NCBI GenBank assembly: GCA_028704555.1
Contig: JAQWFD010000007.1
Location: 10,764 to 74,763 of the forward strand
DNA: 64,000 nt
From: Desulfobacterales bacterium
Lineage (GTDB): Bacteria; Desulfobacterota; Desulfobacteria; Desulfobacterales; JAQWFD01
Direction: 5' to 3'
Shown: positions 48,896 through 58,049 of the stretch, piece after piece
Position numbering within the stretch: the stretch's first letter is position 1
Layout of the letters: every line of letters begins with the position of its first letter
Notes under the pieces: generated by a model
Database searches by the model: none
The model's input: only the letters and a program-made list of their open reading frames with translations
What the model was told of the DNA's origin: nothing
Position numbers and translations under genes: made by a program

Positions 48896-49639
48896 TCAAC
48901 GGTCCCCGTTGAGAAGTGCCTGCATCGGCTCGGGTATCTGAGGTGATATGACCGTGACCGGCTGCCGTGTATCAGGCGGCTGGAATGTGATTGCCATGGA
49001 ATGGAGCGCCAGCCGGTCAAATCCGAGGTGTTGTTTCAGAAAGGCTATCGCTCTGGATGATCCATAGCGCCTGTCTCCGACAACCGGGTGGCCGGCCAGT
49101 TTGGCATGGCGGCGTATTTGATGGCTTCTGCCGGTTACCGGGACGCATTCCGCAAGACAGTAATGGGGGCTGGAGGCCAGCAGCCGGTAACGGGTTTCGC
49201 ATGACAGCATCAGGCCGTCCCCCTGAGGATTGAGCCTGCCCCCGGCCTGCCGGGATAACGGCCATTTCCATTCACGCGCGGTGGTATCATCTCCAATGGG
49301 TTCCAGGTTTCCATGTAACAGCGCAATATAGCGTTTTCGGGTTCGACGTTCTTCAAATTGAAATGAAATATCCCGGAATACATCACATCGACAGGCCACC
49401 AGTATTACGCCGCTGGTGTGTTTATCGAGGCGGTGCGGAGCATGAACGCCATATCCGCAATCATAGGCCAACTGGCGTTGCAAGGATTCGTTCTGCCCGA
49501 TATATGAAGCGATGACGGAACACAGGTCATTTCCGGGATCATTATGAACACTCATATCATATGGCTTGTCCACAACCAGCCAGCCTTTGCCCGTTGCCAG
49601 AATCGGCATCGTAAACTGTTTGTTACTGATAATCTGCAC
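48896..49639 (-). CDS. RluA-family pseudouridine synthase
   Basis: The catalytic motif HRLDKHTSGVILVA and a downstream GRSHQIRRH. Confidence 0.85.
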   Translation of the reverse strand: MQIISNKQFTMPILATGKGWLVVDKPYDMSVHNDPGNDLCSVIASYIGQNESLQRQLAYDCGYGVHAPHRLDKHTSGVILVACRCDVFRDISFQFEERRTRKRYIALLHGNLEPIGDDTTAREWKWPLSRQAGGRLNPQGDGLMLSCETRYRLLASSPHYCLAECVPVTGRSHQIRRHAKLAGHPVVGDRRYGSSRAIAFLKQHLGFDRLALHSMAITFQPPDTRQPVTVISPQIPEPMQALLNGDR

Positions 49640-49729
49640 GCCGTCTTCCTGTCCCCAAACGCATGAAATTTGATTGAGCCCCCCACCCCTTTTCCCGGGG
49701 GGGCCAGGTCGTTGAACCCCGGCAGTATA

Positions 49730-50368
49730 TCAGACATGCCGCGTAAAGCAAAGTCTGAAGTCGATGGATTGGAGACCGGCGGCTACACCGCTTTGAATAA
49801 AATAGAAAATCCCTTTTCGGACAATCATCACCGCAATGGCGGCCAGCAGAAGGCTGGCGATCTTTGACAGGATTTTGGCTCCCGCGTCTCCCAGGATTTT
49901 GTTGATAGATTCTGCAAACCAGAATATGACGCCGATCAGAAGGATATTCAGGATAATGGAAACAGCGGTAAAAATAAATCCGTACTCATTCATCAGAATA
50001 ATGGATGTTGTAAGCAACGCCGGCCCGGCGATTAAGGGTACCCCGAGGGGAACCGCTCCCAGTGTGTCCGGATCGAATTTTCTCTGTGCTTTTTCAGAGG
50101 CATACAGATCACCCATGGAAAAGAAGAAAAGTAAAATTCCGCCAGCGATCATGAAATCGGCGATCTGTATACCAAGAATTTTGAGGACTGATGAACCGAT
50201 GGCAAGAAAGACAATGGCAACTGCTACGGAGGTCAGCACGGATTGCCATATGATACGGTGAACTTTGTGAATTGGAATGCCTTCCGTCAGAGCCAGAAAC
50301 ATGGGAATCACTCCGATCGGGTCCACAGCGATAAATATCGGGACAAAACAGAGCCAGAAATCGTTCAT
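49730..50368 (-). CDS. MarC-family (UPF0056) integral membrane protein
   Basis: FVPIFIAVDPIGVIPMFLALTEG is the typical MarC start. I chose the start at Met21 of the tracked ORF (ATG rc 50366-50368). Confidence 0.75.
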   Translation of the reverse strand: MNDFWLCFVPIFIAVDPIGVIPMFLALTEGIPIHKVHRIIWQSVLTSVAVAIVFLAIGSSVLKILGIQIADFMIAGGILLFFFSMGDLYASEKAQRKFDPDTLGAVPLGVPLIAGPALLTTSIILMNEYGFIFTAVSIILNILLIGVIFWFAESINKILGDAGAKILSKIASLLLAAIAVMIVRKGIFYFIQSGVAAGLQSIDFRLCFTRHV

Positions 50369-50548
50369 GATTTTACTCTCTTGGATCGTTAATTGGTTTT
50401 CAGTTATTCGTTGAAGTCCATAGCCCATTTATATCGGGGTGATTCAATTGCCGGTCTGACGGAAAATATTGCCCTCAAAATCCGTATGGATATGCGAGTT
50501 GAAATTAAATTTATAAAAATATCAAGATGTTAGAATTTAATATGGCGA

Positions 50549-50564
50549 TGGCACCTTTTTTGCT
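50549..50564 (+). promoter_or_regulatory. sigma54 (-24/-12) promoter candidate
   Basis: TGGCAC CTTTT TTGCT matches the TGGCAC-N5-TTGCW consensus with correct GG/GC spacing. It lies about 135 nt upstream of the ATG at 50700. Confidence 0.5.
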
Positions 50565-50699
50565 TCATTCATGATTAAATGTTATACAAACAGGTCTGGC
50601 AGGCCTGAGAGAGATTTATCATTACACGTTGTGTAATCAAGTTGAATACATATTCATTACAGTTAATCAGTGTCCGTCCGGAAAGGAGACGATCTATTT

Positions 50700-50858
50700 A
50701 TGGGATACATGGTGGCCACGGCCTTTTGTCTTGCGATGCTTGTTGGTGCTTTCGTATATGAAGCCAGGCGATTGAAAAAAGAGCAATTATACTATCGCAC
50801 GATCATTGATGATCTTCTTCAGAATACCGATTCAGTATCGGATATGCGTACCTGGTAA
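50700..50858 (+). CDS. hypothetical small membrane protein (52 aa)
   Basis: MGYMVATAFCLAMLVGAFVYEARRLKKEQ... has one TM helix and a charged tail. GGAAAGGAGA lies about 10 nt upstream of this ATG. I recognise no homologue. Confidence 0.35.
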   Translation: MGYMVATAFCLAMLVGAFVYEARRLKKEQLYYRTIIDDLLQNTDSVSDMRTW

Positions 50859-50903
50859 AAACACCGGATTCACCAGTAACTGACCGATGGTGCATCTTGG
50901 TTT

Positions 50904-51407
50904 TCAGAACGGCCAGAAGTGATTGTCAAACCAGATTTTTTCCGTCAGTTGCCGGTTGAGGGAGTAAAGAAAATCCAGATGGGTTTTTTCCCACTGCCAA
51001 AGCCACTGATACAGAGTTTTTTCCTCCGGATCGGTTGCCGTCGAAGACCGATGCGAATAAAGACTGACTGAGAGGGCTTCCATTGATATGGCGGCTGAAA
51101 TTGCCGCCGCTTCAAATCCAGCTGATTCAATCTGATCCATGACGTTTTGGGTTAGAATTGAAGACGCCAGTGTTGAGTGCTTTTTGATGGTATTTTCATC
51201 TGACGAAAACCTGCGGTTTTCCATCCAGAATGAAAACTGCCGGTTCAGAATGAGTGTATGGCTGAATTCTTCCGTGGACAGCAGTTCAAAAAACTCTTTA
51301 ACTGCGGGTGTGACAGAAATTTGAGCCACTTTACGATAAAACAACCCCCCCCGTCGTTCCAGAAGCAGGGCGCTTTTTAATATTTCCAGAGCGTTTTCTT
51401 CGGGCAT
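50904..51407 (-). CDS. ferritin-like/rubrerythrin-fold domain protein
   Basis: 167 aa. ALEILKSALLLERRGGLFYRKVA...EFFELLSTEEFSH and a second half with EALSVSLY...WEKTH fit a di-iron four-helix-bundle pattern. Confidence 0.55.
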   Translation of the reverse strand: MPEENALEILKSALLLERRGGLFYRKVAQISVTPAVKEFFELLSTEEFSHTLILNRQFSFWMENRRFSSDENTIKKHSTLASSILTQNVMDQIESAGFEAAAISAAISMEALSVSLYSHRSSTATDPEEKTLYQWLWQWEKTHLDFLYSLNRQLTEKIWFDNHFWPF

Positions 51408-51582
51408 GCCGTATCCTCCTGAACTGGATCAGTTTTTGGGAAAAGCCAAGAATGCGGGTTGGTTCTGGATAGACAGAAGATATCTGATTACCATTGCATT
51501 GTAACGGTGAACAATACGGCGTGTCAATGATAGGGTTATGGGGCTGTGGAGAAATTTTTGCGAATCCGGGTTCTCCGCCGGC

Positions 51583-52788
51583 TTAAAGGTTCTTTTTTTT
51601 CAGCCAGATTGCAATTCGGTCAAACGACTCGTTGATGACATCTTCGCTGCTTCCGAAAGAAAGTCGGAGATGGCCGTCTCCGCCGGGGCCGAAAGAGGCG
51701 CCGGGTACGGTGATAACCCTGGCTTCATTGACCAGTCTTATGGCGACATCCCGGGAGGATTCATCGGTAAAGCAGTAGCGGGCCATGATATAGAAGGCGC
51801 CGCCTGGGCGGACATAGTCAAATGCCCCGTTGAGCGCATCGATCCGGCTGCAGCACAGATCCCGTCTGCCTTTCAATACGTTTTGCATATATTCCACATA
51901 ATCCTGAGGCCCGCACAATGCGGCGAGCGCCGCGTACTGAGACGGGGTCGGCGCGCATATGGCGGTGCAGTCGTGGACTTTCATGATCTGACTCATCAGG
52001 GGCCGGGATGCCGTTACCCATCCGATTCGCCAGCCCGTCAGGGCGTATTTCTTGGAAAATGAGGAAATGGTGATGATCCGGTCTTTATATTCGGCAAGGC
52101 TTGCCGGGCTCAGGGGAATATTGCCGTCATAGGTCAGATAGTCATAGGTTTCATCCGAAATGATGACAAAATTTTTCTCGGCGGCCAGCCGGCACAGGGC
52201 AACGACATCTTCATCGGAAAAGACTGCGCCGGTCGGGTTTCCCGGATTGCAGAGGATCAGCGCCCGGGTCCGGGGTGTTACGGCACGTTTGATGACATCG
52301 ATATCCAGTCCCCAGTTTTCTTTTCGGAGGGGGGCAAACACGGGCTTTCCCTCGGCCAGAAGCACCTGCTCGATATGGGAGGCATAGGCAGGGGAGGGCA
52401 GTATCACCTCGTCACCGCGATCAACTACGGTCAGAATGGCCGCCAGAAGGGCTTCCATGGCTCCGACGGTAATCAGTACCTCATGTTCGGGATCGGTATC
52501 GATATGTTTTTCTATTTTCAGGTGATCGGATACCGCGCGGCGAAGTTCAGGCAGACCGGTCTGAAGCGTATATTTGCCAATGTCCGGATTTTCTTTCAAG
52601 GCCCTGCAGACAGCCTCAAGAATATAGGCAGGCGTGGAAAAAGAAGGTATGCCCTGGCCCAGGGACACACATCCCCCGACCCTGGCTGCGAGGATGGGCA
52701 TTTCCTTGGTCGCGGACATGGAAATTTGACTTACCCTGCGGCTGATCACCGGTGATGTCACAGCGGGTGTATCGTTGGTCGTATTCAT
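51583..52788 (-). CDS. class I/II PLP-dependent aminotransferase (aspartate aminotransferase-like)
   Basis: NPGNPTGAVF and the lysine motif SSFSKKYALTGWRIGW. Its start overlaps the upstream stop in an ATGA overlap. Confidence 0.85.
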   Translation of the reverse strand: MNTTNDTPAVTSPVISRRVSQISMSATKEMPILAARVGGCVSLGQGIPSFSTPAYILEAVCRALKENPDIGKYTLQTGLPELRRAVSDHLKIEKHIDTDPEHEVLITVGAMEALLAAILTVVDRGDEVILPSPAYASHIEQVLLAEGKPVFAPLRKENWGLDIDVIKRAVTPRTRALILCNPGNPTGAVFSDEDVVALCRLAAEKNFVIISDETYDYLTYDGNIPLSPASLAEYKDRIITISSFSKKYALTGWRIGWVTASRPLMSQIMKVHDCTAICAPTPSQYAALAALCGPQDYVEYMQNVLKGRRDLCCSRIDALNGAFDYVRPGGAFYIMARYCFTDESSRDVAIRLVNEARVITVPGASFGPGGDGHLRLSFGSSEDVINESFDRIAIWLKKKNL

Positions 52789-54236
52789 GCGTCAGTTCCT
52801 GTCTCGGTTTCACCGTTATCCATCCGGAATAATTTTCCCGGATTCAGGATCAGGTTCGGGTCAAAGAGCTTTTTGATGCCGACCTGCAACCGGATGTTCT
52901 CCGGTTCCAGTTCCATTGGCAGATAATTCATTTTTCCTGCCCCGATGCCGTGCTCTCCGGATATGGTGCCGTCCATCTCCAGCACCAGTGACAGGATGGC
53001 CCTGACGCCTTTTTCAACCCGATCCATATGGTCCCGGTTTTCCGCCGTAATATTCAAGTGGATATTGCCGTCACCGGCATGGCCGAAGGCATAAATGTAA
53101 AGATTGTATCGGCGTTCGAATTCGGGCAGTGCGTTGACAAGATCGGCAATCCTGCCGATAGGAACCACAATGTCTTCAGCGATATACAGGGCCGAATGAT
53201 CATGAATACGGAGCGATACCTGCCTTCTGACCCCCCAGATACGCTCCCGGTCTTTTTCTTCAGGAGCCGGCATCAGATGGGTGGCCCCGATTTTTTCGCA
53301 GATCTGTCCGATTTGAGAAATTTCATGTTCTATCGGCTCCCGGACCCCGTCGGTTTCGATAATCAGCAGCGAGGCCTGATCTCCCGGCACTTGAAATGGC
53401 AGCAGATCACCCACCAGCTTCAGGCATTTTTTATCCAGAAACTCGATGGCCGACGGCAGATGCCCGTGATTCATGATTTCCATTACCGCCCGCATTGCCG
53501 TATCAAGATCAGAAAATGCGGCGGTCAGCCCTGTTACCGCCGGGGGGTGTGGAATCAGTTTCAGGGTCAATCCGGTAATGATTCCTAACGTGCCTTCCGA
53601 GCCGACCAGCAGGTGGGTCATGTCGTAGCCGACGACCCCTTTGCGGGTTTTGGCTCCGGTTCGGATCCGCCTGCCGCTGGGAAGGACGGCCTCCAGTTCC
53701 AGAACATAGTCTTTTGTGGTGCCGTATTTGGCACAGGCCGGCCCTCCGGCGTTGGTTGCGGCATTTCCGCCGATGGTGCTTTTGTCCATACCAGCGGGGT
53801 CCGGGGGGTAAAATAAACCTTTTTTGCGGGCGGCATCTCTCAGGTCCTGAGTAAGGACACCGGGTTCCACTTCTGCTACCAGATTGGCGCTGTCAATTTT
53901 TCGAATCCGGTTCATATGTTCCAGAGACAGCACCACACCCCCTTGAACGGCCAGACAGCCTCCGGCCAGTCCGGTGCCGGCTCCTCTGGGCGTGACCGGA
54001 AACCGGTATTCATTGGCCAGCGCCATCAGTTTTTGAATCTGGTGGACGGCTCGCGGTTTCACCACCACATCGGGCATGTATCGGAGTTCTGATGCATCCC
54101 TGTCGTACGGATTTATGGAATTGGTATCGATTAATACGCATTCGGGTCCGAGTTCATGGATCATGCGCTGGAAAATTTCATGGGAAAGGGGACAATAATC
54201 GTACATGTGCAGCACCTGATTAGTGATGATGGCCAA
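52785..54236 (-). CDS. FAD-binding oxidase, GlcD/D-lactate dehydrogenase family
   Basis: FAD-binding PCMH domain (PRGAGTGLAGG, GGVVLSLEHMNRI), then GTISGEHGIGAGK in the C-terminal domain. The start may be the second Met (54206). Confidence 0.85.
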   Translation of the reverse strand: MAIITNQVLHMYDYCPLSHEIFQRMIHELGPECVLIDTNSINPYDRDASELRYMPDVVVKPRAVHQIQKLMALANEYRFPVTPRGAGTGLAGGCLAVQGGVVLSLEHMNRIRKIDSANLVAEVEPGVLTQDLRDAARKKGLFYPPDPAGMDKSTIGGNAATNAGGPACAKYGTTKDYVLELEAVLPSGRRIRTGAKTRKGVVGYDMTHLLVGSEGTLGIITGLTLKLIPHPPAVTGLTAAFSDLDTAMRAVMEIMNHGHLPSAIEFLDKKCLKLVGDLLPFQVPGDQASLLIIETDGVREPIEHEISQIGQICEKIGATHLMPAPEEKDRERIWGVRRQVSLRIHDHSALYIAEDIVVPIGRIADLVNALPEFERRYNLYIYAFGHAGDGNIHLNITAENRDHMDRVEKGVRAILSLVLEMDGTISGEHGIGAGKMNYLPMELEPENIRLQVGIKKLFDPNLILNPGKLFRMDNGETETGTDA

Positions 54237-54888
54237 ATCCGGGGATATAGAGCTTTTTTTCGAGCTTTTTCAGTCCGAAGGTGGTCAGTGTGACAAGAAT
54301 TAAATAATACAGTCCAATGACAAGGAAGACTTCCGTAAACCGGAAATATTTCGTTGCGATGATTTTGCCTTCGCCGGTCAGTTCGATGCAGGTGATGATA
54401 TAGGCCAGCGATGAATATTTTATCAGATAGATGATTTCATTGCCGCATCCTGGAAGCGCTTTTCGGATTGCCTGCGGGATAACGATGTACACCATGGTTT
54501 TTACGGTTGAGAATCCCAATGCCTGGGCGGCCAGAAGCTGTCCTTTTTTGATGGACAGAAGTCCGCCGCGGATATATTCGGAATGATAAGCGCTGCTGCA
54601 AAGCATGAAACCGATGACAGCTGCCGCATAGGGGCTCAGATAAATTCCTAAATTGGGAAGACCGAAGTACAGTACAAAAAGTTGAACCACCAGTGGGGTG
54701 CCGCGGAACAGGATCGCATAGCTGTTGGTTAATTTCCGGACCAGGGGGTGTCCGATGGACCGGAGGGTGCCGATGATGATTCCGAAAAACAGGCCCCCGG
54801 TTGCCGATGGAATGATCAACATCAGACTCATCCCCAGGCCCCGGTTCAGCGCCGGTATCAATTGATTCGTATAAAAAGCCACATCCAT
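54220..54888 (-). CDS. amino acid ABC transporter permease
   Basis: His/Glu/Gln/Arg-type permease with an EAA-like loop (AAQALGFSTVKTMVYIVIPQAIRKALPG). Confidence 0.85.
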   Translation of the reverse strand: MDVAFYTNQLIPALNRGLGMSLMLIIPSATGGLFFGIIIGTLRSIGHPLVRKLTNSYAILFRGTPLVVQLFVLYFGLPNLGIYLSPYAAAVIGFMLCSSAYHSEYIRGGLLSIKKGQLLAAQALGFSTVKTMVYIVIPQAIRKALPGCGNEIIYLIKYSSLAYIITCIELTGEGKIIATKYFRFTEVFLVIGLYYLILVTLTTFGLKKLEKKLYIPGFGHHH

Positions 54889-54891
54889 CAG

Positions 54892-55668
54892 TTAAACGAC
54901 CTCCCCATTCAGGTCGTTGAGCTTTGAGCAGAAGTCGGCGGTCCGGGTTCCTGAGTCCGGGGACAACAGTTCGTTCGGACGTCCGCGTTCAATGATTTCA
55001 CCTTCTTGCATGAATACGATTTCATCGGCCAGGGATTTGATAAATCCGATCTGATGGGTTGCCATCAGCATGGTCATACCGCCCTGAGAAAGGTTGCGGA
55101 TGACTGCCAGAACTTCTCCGATCAGTTCAGGGTCCAGTGCAGACGTGGGTTCATCGAGCAGCATGACTTTCGGGTCCATGGCCAGGGCTCTGGCAATCGA
55201 GACTCTTTGCTTTTGACCTCCGGACAGCTGGGCCGGATACAGATTGGCCTTGTCGCCCACCCCGACTTTTTCCAGTTCGATCATCGCCAGTTGCTTTGCG
55301 TCGGTTTTATTCATTTTTTTGACCTTTCGCAAGGCAATCGTCACATTGTCCAGAGCGTTCAGGTGATCAAACAGGTTAAAATCCTGGAAAATCATTCCCA
55401 CCTGCTGCCGAAATTCGAACAGTTGCTGCTTGTTGTGGGTGCTGACCGTTTGGCCTTCCAGCACGATATGGCCCGAATCCGGGGGGATCAGATAATTGAT
55501 GCACTGAAGAAGGGTGCTTTTGCCTCCGCCGGAAGGGCCGATCAGTACTTTGAGATCGCCCTTGTTCAGGTTCAGGGAAACAGATTTGAGGATTTTTTTT
55601 CCTCCCAGATTTTTTGAAACTTGTTCCACCTGCAGAATGGGTATCGGTTCCATTATCATTGGTAACAA
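54892..55668 (-). CDS. amino acid ABC transporter ATP-binding protein
   Basis: Walker A GPSGGGKST, signature LSGGQKQRVSIARAL, Walker B MLLDEPTSALD. Confidence 0.9.
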   Translation of the reverse strand: MLPMIMEPIPILQVEQVSKNLGGKKILKSVSLNLNKGDLKVLIGPSGGGKSTLLQCINYLIPPDSGHIVLEGQTVSTHNKQQLFEFRQQVGMIFQDFNLFDHLNALDNVTIALRKVKKMNKTDAKQLAMIELEKVGVGDKANLYPAQLSGGQKQRVSIARALAMDPKVMLLDEPTSALDPELIGEVLAVIRNLSQGGMTMLMATHQIGFIKSLADEIVFMQEGEIIERGRPNELLSPDSGTRTADFCSKLNDLNGEVV

Positions 55669-56343
55669 CTATTCCTGATGAGTATAGCCCGGTATCCGGA
55701 CTTTTCGTTCAAGTTTTGAAAGGGCTTTAACCCCAAGCCATGTCAGGATAAAATACAGAACCCCGGCAGTTAAATACAGTTCCAGATGTTTATAGGTCCG
55801 TGATGCTACAAAATGGGTTCGGGCCATGATCTCGGAAGTGCCCAGAACAAACGCAAGTGCTGAATCTTTAAGAATGATGGAGTATTCATTGGACCAGCCC
55901 GGAATCGAGAGGCGTAACGCCTGGGGAAGAATAATGGAGCGGATAGACTTTGCATCGCTCATGCCTAAGGCACGGGCTGCCTTTAACTGTCCCTGGGGAA
56001 GTGATTGGATCGCTCCTCGAAATATCTGGGACTGATAGGCTCCGGTTGTCATGCCAAGCACCAGGGTTACAGACCAGAAGGCGCTCAGATTCAGCTCCAG
56101 AAGTGAAAACAGTCCAAAATAAAACAGAAAGAGGAGCACCAGAACCGGCACCCCTCTGAAAAACCAGACATAGACTCCGACCAGGGTGCGAATGAGTCTG
56201 TTTCCGTATACCTGGCCCACCGCCATCGTGATACCCAGAACAAGCCCAAGCCCCATTGCGCCTGCAACGGCGCTGATGGTGACCAGAGCTCCCTGCAGCA
56301 AATAGGGCAGGGCTTCCTTTATGGTAACTAAACTATCCAGCAT
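55669..56343 (-). CDS. amino acid ABC transporter permease
   Basis: Second permease paralogue. EAA loop AARALGMSDAKSIRSIILPQALRLSIPG. Confidence 0.85.
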   Translation of the reverse strand: MLDSLVTIKEALPYLLQGALVTISAVAGAMGLGLVLGITMAVGQVYGNRLIRTLVGVYVWFFRGVPVLVLLFLFYFGLFSLLELNLSAFWSVTLVLGMTTGAYQSQIFRGAIQSLPQGQLKAARALGMSDAKSIRSIILPQALRLSIPGWSNEYSIILKDSALAFVLGTSEIMARTHFVASRTYKHLELYLTAGVLYFILTWLGVKALSKLERKVRIPGYTHQE

Positions 56344-56465
56344 ATGAATTCGGAATCAATCCGTCTTTCAGAACGCGCATAACAGAAAAAAATGGAAGGC
56401 GGCGGATTGCCCAGCGCCTTCCATTTTGGGTATCATTTTAAAAACTATAACAGCCATAAAACGAA

Positions 56466-57218
56466 CTATTTATCAAGGTATTTCTTAACCAGTTCCTGCC
56501 AGTAAGGATCAGCCATCAGTTTTTTCAGACCCTCATTCATGGTGTTGAGAAGCTGCGTGTCGTCTTTTCGGACCGCGATTCCGAATTTTTCATCGTTCAT
56601 GCCAAATGTACCCAGTATTTTTGCCGGTTTTTTTGAAACCGCATCTTTGGCCGGCGCATCGTCCATGGCGGCTGCATCGATTCGGCCATTAATGACATCT
56701 TCTACAGCCATGGGTGCGGAATCGTAATACCGGAGCGTAAAATTCCATCCGTTTTTGGGCGAATTGTCTTTCAGCCATTCGGCTTCGGTGGTGCCCCGTT
56801 GAACACCGAGGGTTTTTCCAGCCTTGAGAATGTCATCAACGGTATTGGGCGAGTCTTTTTTGGCGACAAAAACTTGTTTGATAATCCAGTAGGGAGTGCT
56901 GAAGTTGACGATTTTTTCCCGTTCCGGAGTAATGCTCATGCCTGAGGCTACGAAATCGATTTTTTTGGCTACCAGGTTCGGGATGATGCCGTCCCAGTCC
57001 ATGGGTTGATGTTTTACCGTAAAACCCATTTCCCCGGCGATCCAGTTGATGGCATCGATATCGAAACCACTTGGATTACCGGATTTGTCCACATAGGCAA
57101 AGGGCGGAAAATTTGCATCGATGCCATTGATATAAGTTGTTTCGGCAAAAGCGCCATTGCTGCACACCAGAGCGAACGTCAGAACAGCCGCCAGCAGCCA
57201 TAATGATTTTCTGACCAT
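56466..57218 (-). CDS. amino acid ABC transporter substrate-binding protein (family 3)
   Basis: Signal peptide followed by GIDANFPPFAY, GFDIDAINWIA and DFVASGMSITPEREK. Confidence 0.85.
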   Translation of the reverse strand: MVRKSLWLLAAVLTFALVCSNGAFAETTYINGIDANFPPFAYVDKSGNPSGFDIDAINWIAGEMGFTVKHQPMDWDGIIPNLVAKKIDFVASGMSITPEREKIVNFSTPYWIIKQVFVAKKDSPNTVDDILKAGKTLGVQRGTTEAEWLKDNSPKNGWNFTLRYYDSAPMAVEDVINGRIDAAAMDDAPAKDAVSKKPAKILGTFGMNDEKFGIAVRKDDTQLLNTMNEGLKKLMADPYWQELVKKYLDK

Positions 57219-57648
57219 GATGTCTGTCTCCTTTTAATTTGGTGGGTTAATGATTGTTTGAAAAAAATCATCGACGATATGATTAAGAAGTACCTACGCG
57301 AAATCCATAAGGATATCGTAGTGTGTGGTGCTAAAAAAAGACGAAAATAACAGTTTGAAACAGAGGCTGTCAAGAAGTATCCTTGCCGGAAGCAATGTAA
57401 TCGCGTTTCTCGGTCCGGTAACCTGTCATATGAAAAATTTTTGAAAAATATGTATCCGTCAGGAATACCAAAAAAATCAGGTCCGGACATTTTTTTAAGT
57501 TCAAGGAAGGCAAATGATGGATGGTGTATGCTGTTAAACACCGTATCAGTTTTTCAGCCGATGTTCAACAGCCGTGAACCATGACTTGACAAACCGGATA
57601 TTTTACTTAAAATATTTCATTTAACAGGCTGTTGGAAAAGAAGAATCG

Positions 57649-57902
57649 GGGCTTGATCATAACTGCGGACACAATGTCACGGGGTCCGTCCCGCCCGTTG
57701 ACGGCTTTTCCAGCACGATCCGGGGGATGCCGGGCCCATCAAGCTAAAACGCAAAAACTCGGGATGCCTCAAACCGTTTGCGCTTCTTAACGCTTCATGG
57801 CTCCGACATCTTTTCCCCGGATCGTGCCATGTCGTACGCCGGCAATGGGCGGGACTCAGAGACTACGCACAGCAAAATATGGCCGCAGTTATGATCAAGC
57901 CC
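57649..57902 (-). mobile_element. MITE-like element, copy E (full ends plus about 90 bp of extra central sequence)
   Basis: GGGCTTGATCATAACTGCGGACACAATG ... AAATATGGCCGCAGTTATGATCAAGCCC. It is flanked by a perfect 8-bp direct repeat, AAGAATCG, at 57641-57648 and 57903-57910. Confidence 0.85.
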
Positions 57903-58049
57903 AAGAATCGGGTCGCCGCGTAACGACGCATGGCGGCCTGAGGCGAAGCTTTTCAACTTAAAACTGAAGGAAATATCATGATCGGCTGTGTTTGAGCCGG
58001 ACGGATTTGTCACGATATGGCTGCATATTTATAAATCAAGGAGAAAAAC

